Positions 17,954 to 27,594 are shown, numbered from the stretch's first letter. The stretch is DNA of 32,000 bases from Candidatus Thorarchaeota archaeon (GCA_048882505.1 JBHLRO010000002.1:330001-362000); one strand, 5' to 3'. Made by a program: numbers and translations. The notes: generated from the letters alone by a model not told the origin.

Positions 17954-18145
17954 TCATATTACCAGGTCGAAGAGCAAATAAAATTCAGTCAACGCCATTT
18001 CGAGCGACTTTTTGGCATCAGGCCGTGCATTCTTAAAAAATCGCTTAACTCCATCGAATCCATCCGGCTCTTCGAGATCTCTGAATTCATTAGCATCCCC
18101 AAAGGCGGTTTTAGAGGGTAAGAATGGATTTAAGGGCTTTTTGGG
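17954..18145 (-). pseudogene. Start-less 63-codon protein-like fragment
   Basis: Open from after TAA at 18146-18148 to TGA at 17954: PKKPLNPFLPSKTAFGDANEFRDLEEPDGFDGVKRFFKNARPDAKKSLEMALTEFYLLFDLVI. Family not recognised. Confidence 0.25.
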
Positions 18146-18323
18146 TTAAAATGCACTGATTAAGACTTCAGACTATCAAGAAAGTGAATGGACGATTAAG
18201 TATAGCCAAATCGCAATCAGGGTATCCAAAAGAAGATAATAAAAGGGACTCCGACTACGAATTTCCTCGTTATCATATCCTTCCCATCAGTAACAACATG
18301 CAATATATTTCGAATATTAGAGT

Positions 18324-19085
18324 TTGTCGAATGTTTGGGACGATCTTGTCATGTCACACTTGAAACAAATCGTTTATACTCCGATTCGTGCACTTCTACT
18401 CGATTTTGATGGAACGATAGTGGATACCAAGCGTTATTATTTCGAATTGGCGGCCTATTACTTGCGTAAAGATCCCGAGGAACTGGTGCTCCTGGCAGAT
18501 GATCTAGGTTTCTCAAAACTCGCCCCTACAGTACGAAACGTCAAATGGAGAATTGTTACGACCGTATATCAGGTTGCACGGGCATTAGGTATTGGCCGCG
18601 CCAAAGCCTTGGGCGCAGTAAATTATGTTCGCAAAAACCATTTGACTCAATTCTCCAATGCGCAGCCCACCTCTGATGCTGTATTTGCCCTAAAACAGCT
18701 TTATACTGCAAAAGTCAAGCTTGCAATAGTTAGTCACACGTCTCGGAGAAAAATCCAGATCTTCCTAGAAACTCACCTCAAACGTACCCCATATTTTGCA
18801 TCAGGTCACATTCTGGCGGCGGAAGATCTTGGTAAGAATAAGGAAGATGGAATCGTTCACTTTTTAAGAAAATGGGAAATGACCGATACCCCTAGAGAAA
18901 TGGCAATTGTGGGAGATCTCGGTGGTGATATCATTGCCGGTAAAAATGTCGGAATCACTACTATTGGGCTAACAACTGGTTTTGGTCTTAGGCCAATCTT
19001 AGAACAGACCAACCCCGATGCGATCTATTCATCACTCCTTGAATTGGAAAAGCACATTCATCTCTTCTTTATTGAGGAAAGATAA
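18324..19085 (+). CDS. HAD-superfamily hydrolase (phosphoglycolate phosphatase-like)
   Basis: Motif I DFDGT, motif II IVSH, Lys in GKNK, and motif IV IVGDLGGDIIAG. Start TTG 18324 or ATG 18351. Confidence 0.9.
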   Translation: MSNVWDDLVMSHLKQIVYTPIRALLLDFDGTIVDTKRYYFELAAYYLRKDPEELVLLADDLGFSKLAPTVRNVKWRIVTTVYQVARALGIGRAKALGAVNYVRKNHLTQFSNAQPTSDAVFALKQLYTAKVKLAIVSHTSRRKIQIFLETHLKRTPYFASGHILAAEDLGKNKEDGIVHFLRKWEMTDTPREMAIVGDLGGDIIAGKNVGITTIGLTTGFGLRPILEQTNPDAIYSSLLELEKHIHLFFIEER

Positions 19086-19100
19086 GAATAGTTTTGGATT

Positions 19101-20615
19101 TCAGTCCATCCACCCTTTAGCTCTAGATATGGCCTTATTCCAGAAGCGAATCATCTCCTGTCTTTTCTGAGCATCCATTTTGGGTTTAAAAACTTCATCT
19201 ATAACCCATGTATCCCGCAGCTCTTCAAGACTATCCCAATATCCTATAGCAAGACCTGCAGCAAACGCCGCTCCCAGAGCAGTTGTTTCTTCGATTTTTG
19301 GCCGTATACATTCAATTCCCAGCAAATCAGCTTGGATCTGCATAAGGAGGTCATTTTTAGACGCCCCTCCATCAACCCGTAAAGACTCCAATTTTAGGCC
19401 GCTGTCTTCCTCCATGGTTCGGAACACGTCATAAGACTGGAGTGCTATGGACTCCAAGACAGCTCGAGCGATATGAGCTCGATTACTGCCACGAGTCAAC
19501 CCAAATAATGTTCCACGGGCGGTTGCATCCCAGTAAGGCGAAAACAAACCAACAAAGGCGGGTACAAAATAGACCCCACCATTATCAGGAACCGAACGGG
19601 CTAATTCCTCGCTTTCCACCGCGTCTGAGATGATTTTCAACTGATCCCTAAGCCACTGGATCGCAGCACCAGTAATAGCTACACTACCTTCTAGTGCATA
19701 CTTAATTTCATTACTACCAAGTCCGTAAGCCACAGTAGTAATGAGTCCTGATTTTGAATGCACTATCTTATTACCAGTGTTCAGAAGTAAAAAATTTCCT
19801 GTTCCATAGGTATTTTTTGCATCACCAGGGCTAAAACAGGTTTGCCCGAATAACGCGGCCTGCTGGTCCCCTAGATTTCCTGAAACGACGGGATTCCCTG
19901 ATAAACCAGAGATAAACGTCTGCCCATATGTGGAGGCATCACTAGAGGGCTTTATTTCTGGAAGCATGTTCATTGGGATCCCCATATTGTCACAGAGTTC
20001 CTGATCCCAGCTTAAGGTTTTTAAATCCATTAGCATGGTACGGGAGGCATTGGAGACGTCGGTCACGTGACTCCCCCCAGTAACACCGCCTGTTAAGTTC
20101 CAGATGATCCAGGTGTCAATGTTTCCGAACAGAAGTTCCCCTCTTTGCGCTTTGACTTGGGCATGCGGAACATGGTCCAAGATCCAACGTATTTTGGGCC
20201 CAGAGAAATAAGTCGCAATTACCAAGCCCGTTCGTTCTTGAATCAGAGGATCCAATCCTTCCTCTTTTAGAGTTTGACAAATTTCCGCGGTTCGGACACA
20301 TTGCCACACAATGGCGTGATAAATCGGGGTGCCGGTTGTCCGATCAAAAACAACAGTTGTTTCGCGCTGATTGGTAATCCCAATTGCGGCGATATCCTTT
20401 AAGGTGATTCCTGTTTTTTTTAGTGTTTTACGAATCACAAATTGGGTGTTATTCCAGATTTCCAGCGGATCATGTTCTACCCAGCCCGGACGAGGAAATA
20501 TTTGCTTATGTTCCCTATAATGTGATCCCATAAGTTGGCTTTTGTGGTTAAATAACATGAAACGGGTTCCAGTTGTACCCTGATCAACCGCCCCAATGTA
20601 CCTCTCTGCTGCCAA
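19101..20615 (-). CDS. glpK: Glycerol kinase
   Basis: AVDQGTTGTR, GITNQRETT, YFSGPKIRW, TDVSNASRTML, GDQQAALFGQ, KNTYGTG and LRVDGGAS. Start re-placed at TTG 20615 with AGGAG 10 nt upstream (ORF track gives 20672). Confidence 0.97.
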   Translation of the reverse strand: MAAERYIGAVDQGTTGTRFMLFNHKSQLMGSHYREHKQIFPRPGWVEHDPLEIWNNTQFVIRKTLKKTGITLKDIAAIGITNQRETTVVFDRTTGTPIYHAIVWQCVRTAEICQTLKEEGLDPLIQERTGLVIATYFSGPKIRWILDHVPHAQVKAQRGELLFGNIDTWIIWNLTGGVTGGSHVTDVSNASRTMLMDLKTLSWDQELCDNMGIPMNMLPEIKPSSDASTYGQTFISGLSGNPVVSGNLGDQQAALFGQTCFSPGDAKNTYGTGNFLLLNTGNKIVHSKSGLITTVAYGLGSNEIKYALEGSVAITGAAIQWLRDQLKIISDAVESEELARSVPDNGGVYFVPAFVGLFSPYWDATARGTLFGLTRGSNRAHIARAVLESIALQSYDVFRTMEEDSGLKLESLRVDGGASKNDLLMQIQADLLGIECIRPKIEETTALGAAFAAGLAIGYWDSLEELRDTWVIDEVFKPKMDAQKRQEMIRFWNKAISRAKGWMD

Positions 20616-20797
20616 ACGCCTATAACTCCTCATTTGGTGATAGGTTAAAAAAAACCATTTCCACTGATACACAGTGATTTTGATGTGTAAGGTATTTTTC
20701 CTAAAAAAGATAATCAGTCATTCTCGCAACGATTAAACGATTATATTTTTCCCAAATTGATGGACTACTCTCGTATTCAGATTAATAGCTATTGACT

Positions 20798-22633
20798 CTA
20801 ATTCAATGCGAGCTTTGAAAGCATTGGTTCTCTTACAGTTGGTTTGACCGCACCGAGTTCATTTAAATCTCGCAATTCGTACAATTTGGCTCGACTCTCA
20901 ACGAAATCCTTTTCATTTACGAACGCAGTTCGATTTATTGCTCTCCCTGTTGGAAGAGGATCCTTCATGTGTCGGTATGGTAGAACATCATACTCGATGG
21001 GGCTTTTTTCGTATTCCCGTTCATTGATAATCCGAGTAAGTAACCAGATTTGGTGCGCTTTAGATCTGAGATCCTTGGTGGTCATGGTTTCCCCTGTGAA
21101 TCCCTCCATCATTTTAACCATGTCTGCTATCTCAAATGTAGGTTTTATGTAATCTACAAACGCACACATAATGAGTGAATCATATAGTATCTTTAGATCT
21201 TGGTTTTCCACCAAGCTTTCCATTACTGAGACTGCACTCTCTTCCGGAACTTTTCTCGTGGAAGGCCAGCCTTGTAGATGTGATCCACCCAGGGGTGATA
21301 CCGCGTATGAAATCCCTAAACCCAATCGGCCTCGCGGATCCCAGGCAGGCATTTCAAGTCCTTTCACATGGACTGCCCATTTATCACTTCCTCCTCCGAA
21401 AACGGCCGCAGCACGCTGAACACCTTCGGCTAGGATCCCCCCCACGCCTTGACGGAGAGAGATTTTACGGATCAGATCGAGGGCCCCTTTTCCATCACCA
21501 AATTGAATTTGTTCAGTTTGAAATTTGCGCGGGACCGCGTCTCGTTGGGCACATTCCATGAACCATGCAATGACTCCCCCCGTGGATATTGTGTCCATCC
21601 CGTAAAGCTGGCAAAGATGGTTAAGGTGAAGCAGTGTTTCCATGTCATTGATTCCTAGATTACTCCCCAATAAGCCTAAGGATTCGTATTCAGGATGTTG
21701 AATGTAACCACTTGCCCATTCATAAGGTGAATCAATTACGAGAGAACAGGCAATAGGACAGCGATGGCATGGACGTTTCTTTAAACGAACACCATATCTT
21801 TCTTCAATTAAGTAACCATCAACAGCCCCTTCTGTTTCGCCTCGTTGGTAGTTTTGAACGGGAAGCATATCCAACTCATTCGCAATCTCAACCGCTCCTG
21901 ATGTTCCGAGTCTGTAAAAGGAATGTTTTCTATTGGCTCGGGCGCGAATCGTAATATCTCTTTTCAACTCACGTATAGGACCTTCATTAGCAAGAGGGAT
22001 ATCTAATGAACCTCTAACGCTAATGGCTTTTAATTTCTTGGTACCTAATAGAGCACCGATCCCTCCACGTCCTGCATTTCTGAATAAATCACTTGTTGTG
22101 CATGCAATACTAACTAGATTTTCCCCAGCTTGTCCGATAGAAAGCACCTTTGATTTCAAGTCATGTCGGCTGTGCAATGTTTCTTCTGTCTCATGAGTAG
22201 TTAAACCCCATAAATCAGCAGCATCTTGGATAACAATCTGGTTATTCGATACTTCTAGCCACACAGGAGAGCGGCTGGCACCCTTAACAACAAGAGCATC
22301 AAATCCCGCATATTTCAGCTCGGGGCCCAAAAATCCTCCTACGTGAGAATCAAGGAATAGTCCAGTATGCGGAGATCTGGTGACAATGACATATCTGCCA
22401 GCAATGGGCATCATGCCCTGAGCAGGTCCCGTCGCCAATATAAACACGTTTTTTGAATCCAGTGGATGGATTTTAGGTGGTAAAAGCTTATACAAAAACC
22501 ACGCTCCTAGCCCCTTCCCCCCTATTACGTGTTTGACAGCATTCCATGGCGTTTCTTCAGTCCAAACCTTTTTTAGGCTAAGATCCACAAACGCTATATT
22601 TCCCGCATACCCAGAGATCAACCGAGTCAACAA
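20798..22633 (-). CDS. Tungsten-dependent aldehyde:ferredoxin oxidoreductase family protein
   Basis: DSHVGG, AGRGGIGALLGTKKLKAI, CxxCxxxC (CHRCPIAC), EYES, DTIS, WDPR and a fourth Cys in SLIMCAF. Confidence 0.95.
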   Translation of the reverse strand: MLTRLISGYAGNIAFVDLSLKKVWTEETPWNAVKHVIGGKGLGAWFLYKLLPPKIHPLDSKNVFILATGPAQGMMPIAGRYVIVTRSPHTGLFLDSHVGGFLGPELKYAGFDALVVKGASRSPVWLEVSNNQIVIQDAADLWGLTTHETEETLHSRHDLKSKVLSIGQAGENLVSIACTTSDLFRNAGRGGIGALLGTKKLKAISVRGSLDIPLANEGPIRELKRDITIRARANRKHSFYRLGTSGAVEIANELDMLPVQNYQRGETEGAVDGYLIEERYGVRLKKRPCHRCPIACSLVIDSPYEWASGYIQHPEYESLGLLGSNLGINDMETLLHLNHLCQLYGMDTISTGGVIAWFMECAQRDAVPRKFQTEQIQFGDGKGALDLIRKISLRQGVGGILAEGVQRAAAVFGGGSDKWAVHVKGLEMPAWDPRGRLGLGISYAVSPLGGSHLQGWPSTRKVPEESAVSVMESLVENQDLKILYDSLIMCAFVDYIKPTFEIADMVKMMEGFTGETMTTKDLRSKAHQIWLLTRIINEREYEKSPIEYDVLPYRHMKDPLPTGRAINRTAFVNEKDFVESRAKLYELRDLNELGAVKPTVREPMLSKLALN

Positions 22634-22762
22634 AAGCCACCCCGTCGTTCGAGATAACCTAATTTAAAAGATTTGGGAAGTGTAATTCGGATTTCAAGGT
22701 AAAAAGAGTTCTTCCTTGCATCTTCTTCGTTTCCAAGAACTAATTTGCCTAGTGTATACAAG

Positions 22763-23992
22763 TCAACCAGTCAAAATGGAGAAGAAGTTCATGATCCAAG
22801 GCCGAATTTCTTTACGGAGAGCTATCATCTCTAGATCATCAGAGGTTCTAAGACTTCGATTAATAGAACATAAAAACAGCTTAATCTCATCAAATTCTAT
22901 TCGATCAATTGTTACAAAGAATTTCTTACTATGGCTGGCAAATGTCAAAGATTTATGCTTCTCTGGACTTTCATAGACTTCTTTTCGAATGTTCTCCATG
23001 ATTTCCAGGAAAATCTCTTCATTTTGTTTGTCTGTTAATTGATTAGTCCATTCTGCTGCAATAAAGCAGGCTTCCGTCATCAGATAACTGGCAATGATCC
23101 CATGTGATTCACAGTAAAATGCCAGAGAATCTGAAAGAATTTTGCTGAGAGGCGAAACATCAGCAAAAATCCTAGAAAAAAGGTACACCAATCCTTCGAC
23201 ATCGTAAATACTCGTTCGTACAACACGATATCTAGGTAACCCATGCTTGACAAAAACTGGGTTTATTTTGCCTAGAATAGTATCAATTGAGCTGTTGAGA
23301 GAGTTTTCATCAAGATTTGGATCGTATTTATGCAGAGTTAGGTATATTTTGGGAAATTCCTTTAGGTATTTGAGTTTAATCAAAAGTTCATCAAGATATC
23401 GAGCATTTTCAACTGCCAAAGTTGCGTTCTGAGAATCTACGACATAAAGCAAGAGCATAGTATGCGATAAATATTGCCCCGGAGCACTTAAGTACATATC
23501 CCGAAATCTTGATTGCCCTCCTAAATCCCAAACCGCAATCCTTAGTCCTAAGAATGTCAGGTTTTCGAGAGATAAACCTAAAGTCGGACGATCTACAGGG
23601 GTCGTTTCCTGTTTCTGCAGGGTCCGAATAAGACTACTCTTACCTGCGGCACTTAATCCCGCAATACAAATGCGACGAGTGGTTAAAACCCCAGTACCTT
23701 GCACATAATCTTTAATAATAGATGCAGCTAGAGTCCACTTCTCTAAAAGCTTGGGTTTTATACCTAGTTCGCTTGAGCTGGTAATATCTAGATGAGCTAA
23801 CTCAGCAATCGTTTTAACATTAGCTTTACGTCTTAATTTTTTCGCATAAAAGGTACCAATTCCATAAATAGCCTGAGCAGATAAATTTACGAGCTCTTCC
23901 CGAGTATAGTCTTTAATGGGTTTTTCAAGGTGTTTATTCATTATTAGGCTTTTTATTCTGTCGGGAATATCCTCTTCTACATTTCTCTGCAA
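22763..23992 (-). CDS. Fusion protein: N-terminal HhH-like domain + Rag/Arf-like small GTPase + C-terminal roadblock-like domain
   Basis: G1 GLSAAGKS, G2 PTLG, G3 WDLGGQ, G4 HKYD, G5 TSIYD. N-terminal IYGIGTFYAKKL...TIAELA...LLEKW; C-terminal alpha-beta-beta-alpha-beta-beta-beta-alpha pattern. Confidence 0.88.
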   Translation of the reverse strand: MQRNVEEDIPDRIKSLIMNKHLEKPIKDYTREELVNLSAQAIYGIGTFYAKKLRRKANVKTIAELAHLDITSSSELGIKPKLLEKWTLAASIIKDYVQGTGVLTTRRICIAGLSAAGKSSLIRTLQKQETTPVDRPTLGLSLENLTFLGLRIAVWDLGGQSRFRDMYLSAPGQYLSHTMLLLYVVDSQNATLAVENARYLDELLIKLKYLKEFPKIYLTLHKYDPNLDENSLNSSIDTILGKINPVFVKHGLPRYRVVRTSIYDVEGLVYLFSRIFADVSPLSKILSDSLAFYCESHGIIASYLMTEACFIAAEWTNQLTDKQNEEIFLEIMENIRKEVYESPEKHKSLTFASHSKKFFVTIDRIEFDEIKLFLCSINRSLRTSDDLEMIALRKEIRPWIMNFFSILTG

Positions 23993-24328
23993 ATTAAATC
24001 ACTGAGGTTTATTATTATTGAGACGTAATCGCTAAAAACCTTTAAAGATAAATCTAGTGATTTTCTAACGTGAAGGGGAGGATAATTTTCAAAAAAAAAA
24101 GGGCTTCTTATAAGACTACTGTCAAGAATTATGAGAAATGACCACGCGTGAATTTATACTAGTACACTTTTTGTATCTATGAGATATTAGTTTTCTTTTG
24201 ATAAATAAACAAATAAGAACACAAACTATAAGAAATAAAACATTGGAGATCTCTATTTTTATGAATTAAATGATAGAGAAAAAAGAAAAGAATTATTGCA
24301 GAAAAGATGGGTAGCTTCTAAGGAAAGG

Positions 24329-25411
24329 TTACGAAACGTCCATAATTCCATCCCCAGTTATGGCAAACACCGTTTCATTCTCGGGGAGTAAGGGTGAGTC
24401 CGCAATCCGAGCTATTCGCCGTTCTCCTTTCGATTTTCTTAGATAAACACGAGTCTGGCTAGCATGAGCTACGATATTTCCCCCGACAGGAGCAGTTGGG
24501 TCACCAAAAAACATATCTGGTTTACTATGAACCTGATTCGTGACGATTACTGCAACACCCCCTACTTCTGCAATCTTTAGGAGAGTATGGATGTGTTGAT
24601 TGAGTTTTTGCTGCCTGCCTGCCAGAGTTCCCCGTCCCACGTATTCTGCTCGGAAGTGGGCAATCAAAGAGTCTACTACGAGTAAACCAATTCGTTCCGT
24701 CTGCATATCTCTGGCCACCTTCTCTGCTAAAACCATTTGATGATCAGAATTATACGCTCTCCCATGAAAGATATTTTTCAGGGTTCCCTTGATGTCTAGT
24801 ACGCCATCCCATCGTTTTGCCATATTAAGAATTCGTTCAGGGCGAAAGGTGCCTTCTGTATCGATGTAAATAACCTTTACCGAGGTGTCATCAGTTTTTA
24901 AGCCTCCCATTTCTCTAGGTAATTGAGCCGCCACACATAGCTGGTGGGCTATCTGGGTTTTTCCAGTCCTAAATTCTCCATAAAATTCAGTCATGGATCC
25001 AGTTTCTACCCCTCCACCAAAAAGATCATCGAGGTTTGCCGATCCTGTGGTGATTTTTAACATGTTTCTGCGGCGTTCCAGGATTTCCTCGGCGGAAATG
25101 AATCCGAAATCGAGCGCATCTCGGGCAGCTTGAATTATCTTACGTGCACTTGCTTCACCCAGATTCCCTACTGCCACTAGTTCACCCACAGATACTGTTG
25201 CCAATGCGGCCATAGTTCCAAATCCTGAATCTTGTAGCTTTTTGGCTGTTGCAGGACCTATACCTGGTAAATCGGAGATGCTCTCGATTTTAGGTTCCGT
25301 TGTTGTAGTGTTAACGCTTGATGTGGATCCAGATGTTGTTTGGAGTGGCAGCTCTTCTTGAGTAGTGCTCTTTCCTGTGTTTTTATTACTTGTCTTTTTG
25401 CGTGGGGGCAT
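24329..25411 (-). CDS. radA: RadA (Rad51/Dmc1-family) recombinase with S/T-rich N-terminal extension
   Basis: HhH N-domain LPGIGPATAKKL, FxxA motif FISA, Walker A GEFRTGKT, YIDTEGTFRPER, LLVVDSL, FRAEYVGRGTLAGRQQKL, VTNQV and GGNIVAH. Confidence 0.97.
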   Translation of the reverse strand: MPPRKKTSNKNTGKSTTQEELPLQTTSGSTSSVNTTTTEPKIESISDLPGIGPATAKKLQDSGFGTMAALATVSVGELVAVGNLGEASARKIIQAARDALDFGFISAEEILERRRNMLKITTGSANLDDLFGGGVETGSMTEFYGEFRTGKTQIAHQLCVAAQLPREMGGLKTDDTSVKVIYIDTEGTFRPERILNMAKRWDGVLDIKGTLKNIFHGRAYNSDHQMVLAEKVARDMQTERIGLLVVDSLIAHFRAEYVGRGTLAGRQQKLNQHIHTLLKIAEVGGVAVIVTNQVHSKPDMFFGDPTAPVGGNIVAHASQTRVYLRKSKGERRIARIADSPLLPENETVFAITGDGIMDVS

Positions 25412-25971
25412 TACAAACTTCGCCTCAATCTGCTATTGGGTCTTATAGTTATGATTTTATGGTGATTCGACGTTTTTAAGCAAACAGAGTGAATGATGAA
25501 AGAATTCCTCAGATTATACAAGGTTTAAAATCCTTAAAGGACATAGGTCGTTCATCGCGGCACGTTTTCCAATCGAGAATCCAACTCCTAGGAGGTTCCT
25601 GCGTGATCATGTGAAAAATGTTATATCCACCAGGTTAATGCACGATCCTCTCTTTTATATCTGATGTCGAAGAATTGGGGACATTTTCGTCATTTTCGAT
25701 GATCTCCCTCAGTGGTTGTTTGGTTGGCAGAAAAGGCAACTTATGGTTTAACTAAAGCAATCATTGCTGGATGTCAAACACGAACTAAATCAAATAAATC
25801 CGGGATAAAGCTCCATTATCACAGGGCCTTTATACCTTTTTTCCATCCATAATCATCTCTGCCTACGATATAGTTGTTTAGATCCCAAAATAGCGTCATA
25901 AAATCTGCCCTCATGCCCTCAATAGGAAGGAGTATGATATTCATCACTTTCAGTTATGTCTCTAACTCACT

Positions 25972-26145
25972 TTCTATGGAGAGGAATCTCGAATCTAAAC
26001 GAATAAAATAAGGGAAGGCTTGATCAATCCCTGGAGAAAACTCTGGATCGCAAGCAAGTTCATAATAATCTTAGAAGAGGCCTTTTCCTTGATGGTTTGG
26101 AATTTTTTTATAGTTCTCATGAGAGGAATCCTAGTTCCATGGGAA
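25972..26145. repeat. Three TTCY-N3-GRRA dyad elements (ORB-like) upstream of cdc6
   Basis: TTCT-ATG-GAGAGGAATC (25972-25988), TTCT-CAT-GAGAGGAATC (26114-26130) and TTCC-ATG-GGAA (26135-26145). The first two share 14 of 17 nt at an offset of 142. Confidence 0.45.
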
Positions 26146-26289
26146 AACCAAGAATCGTTTTTACATTTTTCAACACTGACTCGCAAACTATTTTGAAAAT
26201 ACCCATGAACGCCTTTTTATCCTCGCAAAGAAATGCACTACTCAAACATGAATCTGACCCACAGTTGAGCAAACCTTAACCGACAAAAT

Positions 26290-27594
26290 ATGGAAAATGA
26301 CCGTGGGAAAAAAATGTCAACATTTAGCGAATTGTTCGGATCCACTACATCCGTTTTTAAGATGGGAGATCCGAACACAGGTGAAATGGTAGGGGAGATT
26401 GCTTTTAGTCCGCAATTCATTCCTCATAAGATCCATCATCGAGAAGAGGAGATGCGGACACTTGCTAATCTCTATCGATCCATTATTACCAATCCTGTAT
26501 CCTCATCCCGAAAAGTTGTACTATATGGGCCAGTGGGGACGGGAAAAACCCTGGTTTCACGAGCCTTTTGTAATGATTTAACGAATCATCTATATTCAGA
26601 ACATCAACCTGGAAATCCTCTATTTCGATTCTTTCACATCAACTGTCGAAAAACCAAAACCCCTCATCTAATTCTAACAACAATACTTCGGCTTCTCATT
26701 CCCGGTTTTCCGCTCCGTGGATACAGTGTAGAAGAATTGTTACGAATTTTCACCATGTTACTTTATGAGCAGAATTTCGTTAGTTTGCTTGTGTTAGATG
26801 AGATTGACTATCTCATTTCTGATGAACGAACCGATTTCCTGTATGCACTAAGCCGGTTGGAGGAAAGTCATCCATACCGCGAGACGCCCAGCCAGAGTAA
26901 TCGTGGCACAGAATCCCGATTTAACCTCCTGGCCATCACGCGCGACCCCAATTTTCGCCACTACCTGGATTCCTCCACAGCTTCCTCCCTAGGCAAGAAC
27001 TGGATCACGTTCGCTCCGTATACGCGTTATCAGCTTTTTGATATCATAGATTATAGGGCAAAACAAGGATTAAGGGAAGAAAGTTATACTGACGAGCTCA
27101 TAGAAACTATCGCTGGTTTGTCCGAGGAATATGGGGATGCCAGGTTTGCGATTGAACTTCTATGGCGGGCTGCGAAGGTAGCAGACCATAACAAGGTCAA
27201 TGAGATTTCTGCTGAACATGTGCGACAAGCCATGGTTAGTGTTCAACCCGTGGAAAAATCGTTCATAGAGGATCTGAACACGCATCAAAAGATCCTTCTT
27301 CTCAGTATTGCTCAATTACTTAACAATGATGATATGAAAAATCGTGTCACAACACCTGAAATTAAAGCAGCGTATTCAGCGTTATGCGAACAAGCTAGAA
27401 TTCGGCCAAGGCGGCAGACGCAAGTTTGGGCGTACATTAAGGACCTTGCTCGCTTGGGGCTAATTCATCAAACCGTAGAAAACCGTCATCATAAAAATGG
27501 GCGATCTCTGGGACGTGTTACGTCAATCCAAATCCGTGATATCCCTACTACCGAGATCATTGAGAACCTCCAACATCTCGTTGAACAGCAATAA
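26290..27594 (+). CDS. cdc6: Orc1/Cdc6 replication initiator
   Basis: PHKIHHREEEM, Walker A GPVGTGKT, HINC, Walker B VLDEID, sensor-2 GDARFAI and a C-terminal winged helix. Start 26290 or 26314. Confidence 0.95.
   Translation: MENDRGKKMSTFSELFGSTTSVFKMGDPNTGEMVGEIAFSPQFIPHKIHHREEEMRTLANLYRSIITNPVSSSRKVVLYGPVGTGKTLVSRAFCNDLTNHLYSEHQPGNPLFRFFHINCRKTKTPHLILTTILRLLIPGFPLRGYSVEELLRIFTMLLYEQNFVSLLVLDEIDYLISDERTDFLYALSRLEESHPYRETPSQSNRGTESRFNLLAITRDPNFRHYLDSSTASSLGKNWITFAPYTRYQLFDIIDYRAKQGLREESYTDELIETIAGLSEEYGDARFAIELLWRAAKVADHNKVNEISAEHVRQAMVSVQPVEKSFIEDLNTHQKILLLSIAQLLNNDDMKNRVTTPEIKAAYSALCEQARIRPRRQTQVWAYIKDLARLGLIHQTVENRHHKNGRSLGRVTSIQIRDIPTTEIIENLQHLVEQQ

Noticed and set aside
23993-24328. 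Very AT-rich gap as a DNA-unwinding element
   Set aside because: It is explained by the radA oligo-T terminator and the GTPase promoter, and it is separated from cdc6 and the dyad elements by the whole radA gene.
24329-27594. Inteins in RadA or Cdc6
   Set aside because: Lengths are normal, motifs are contiguous, and there are no splice-junction or LAGLIDADG motifs.
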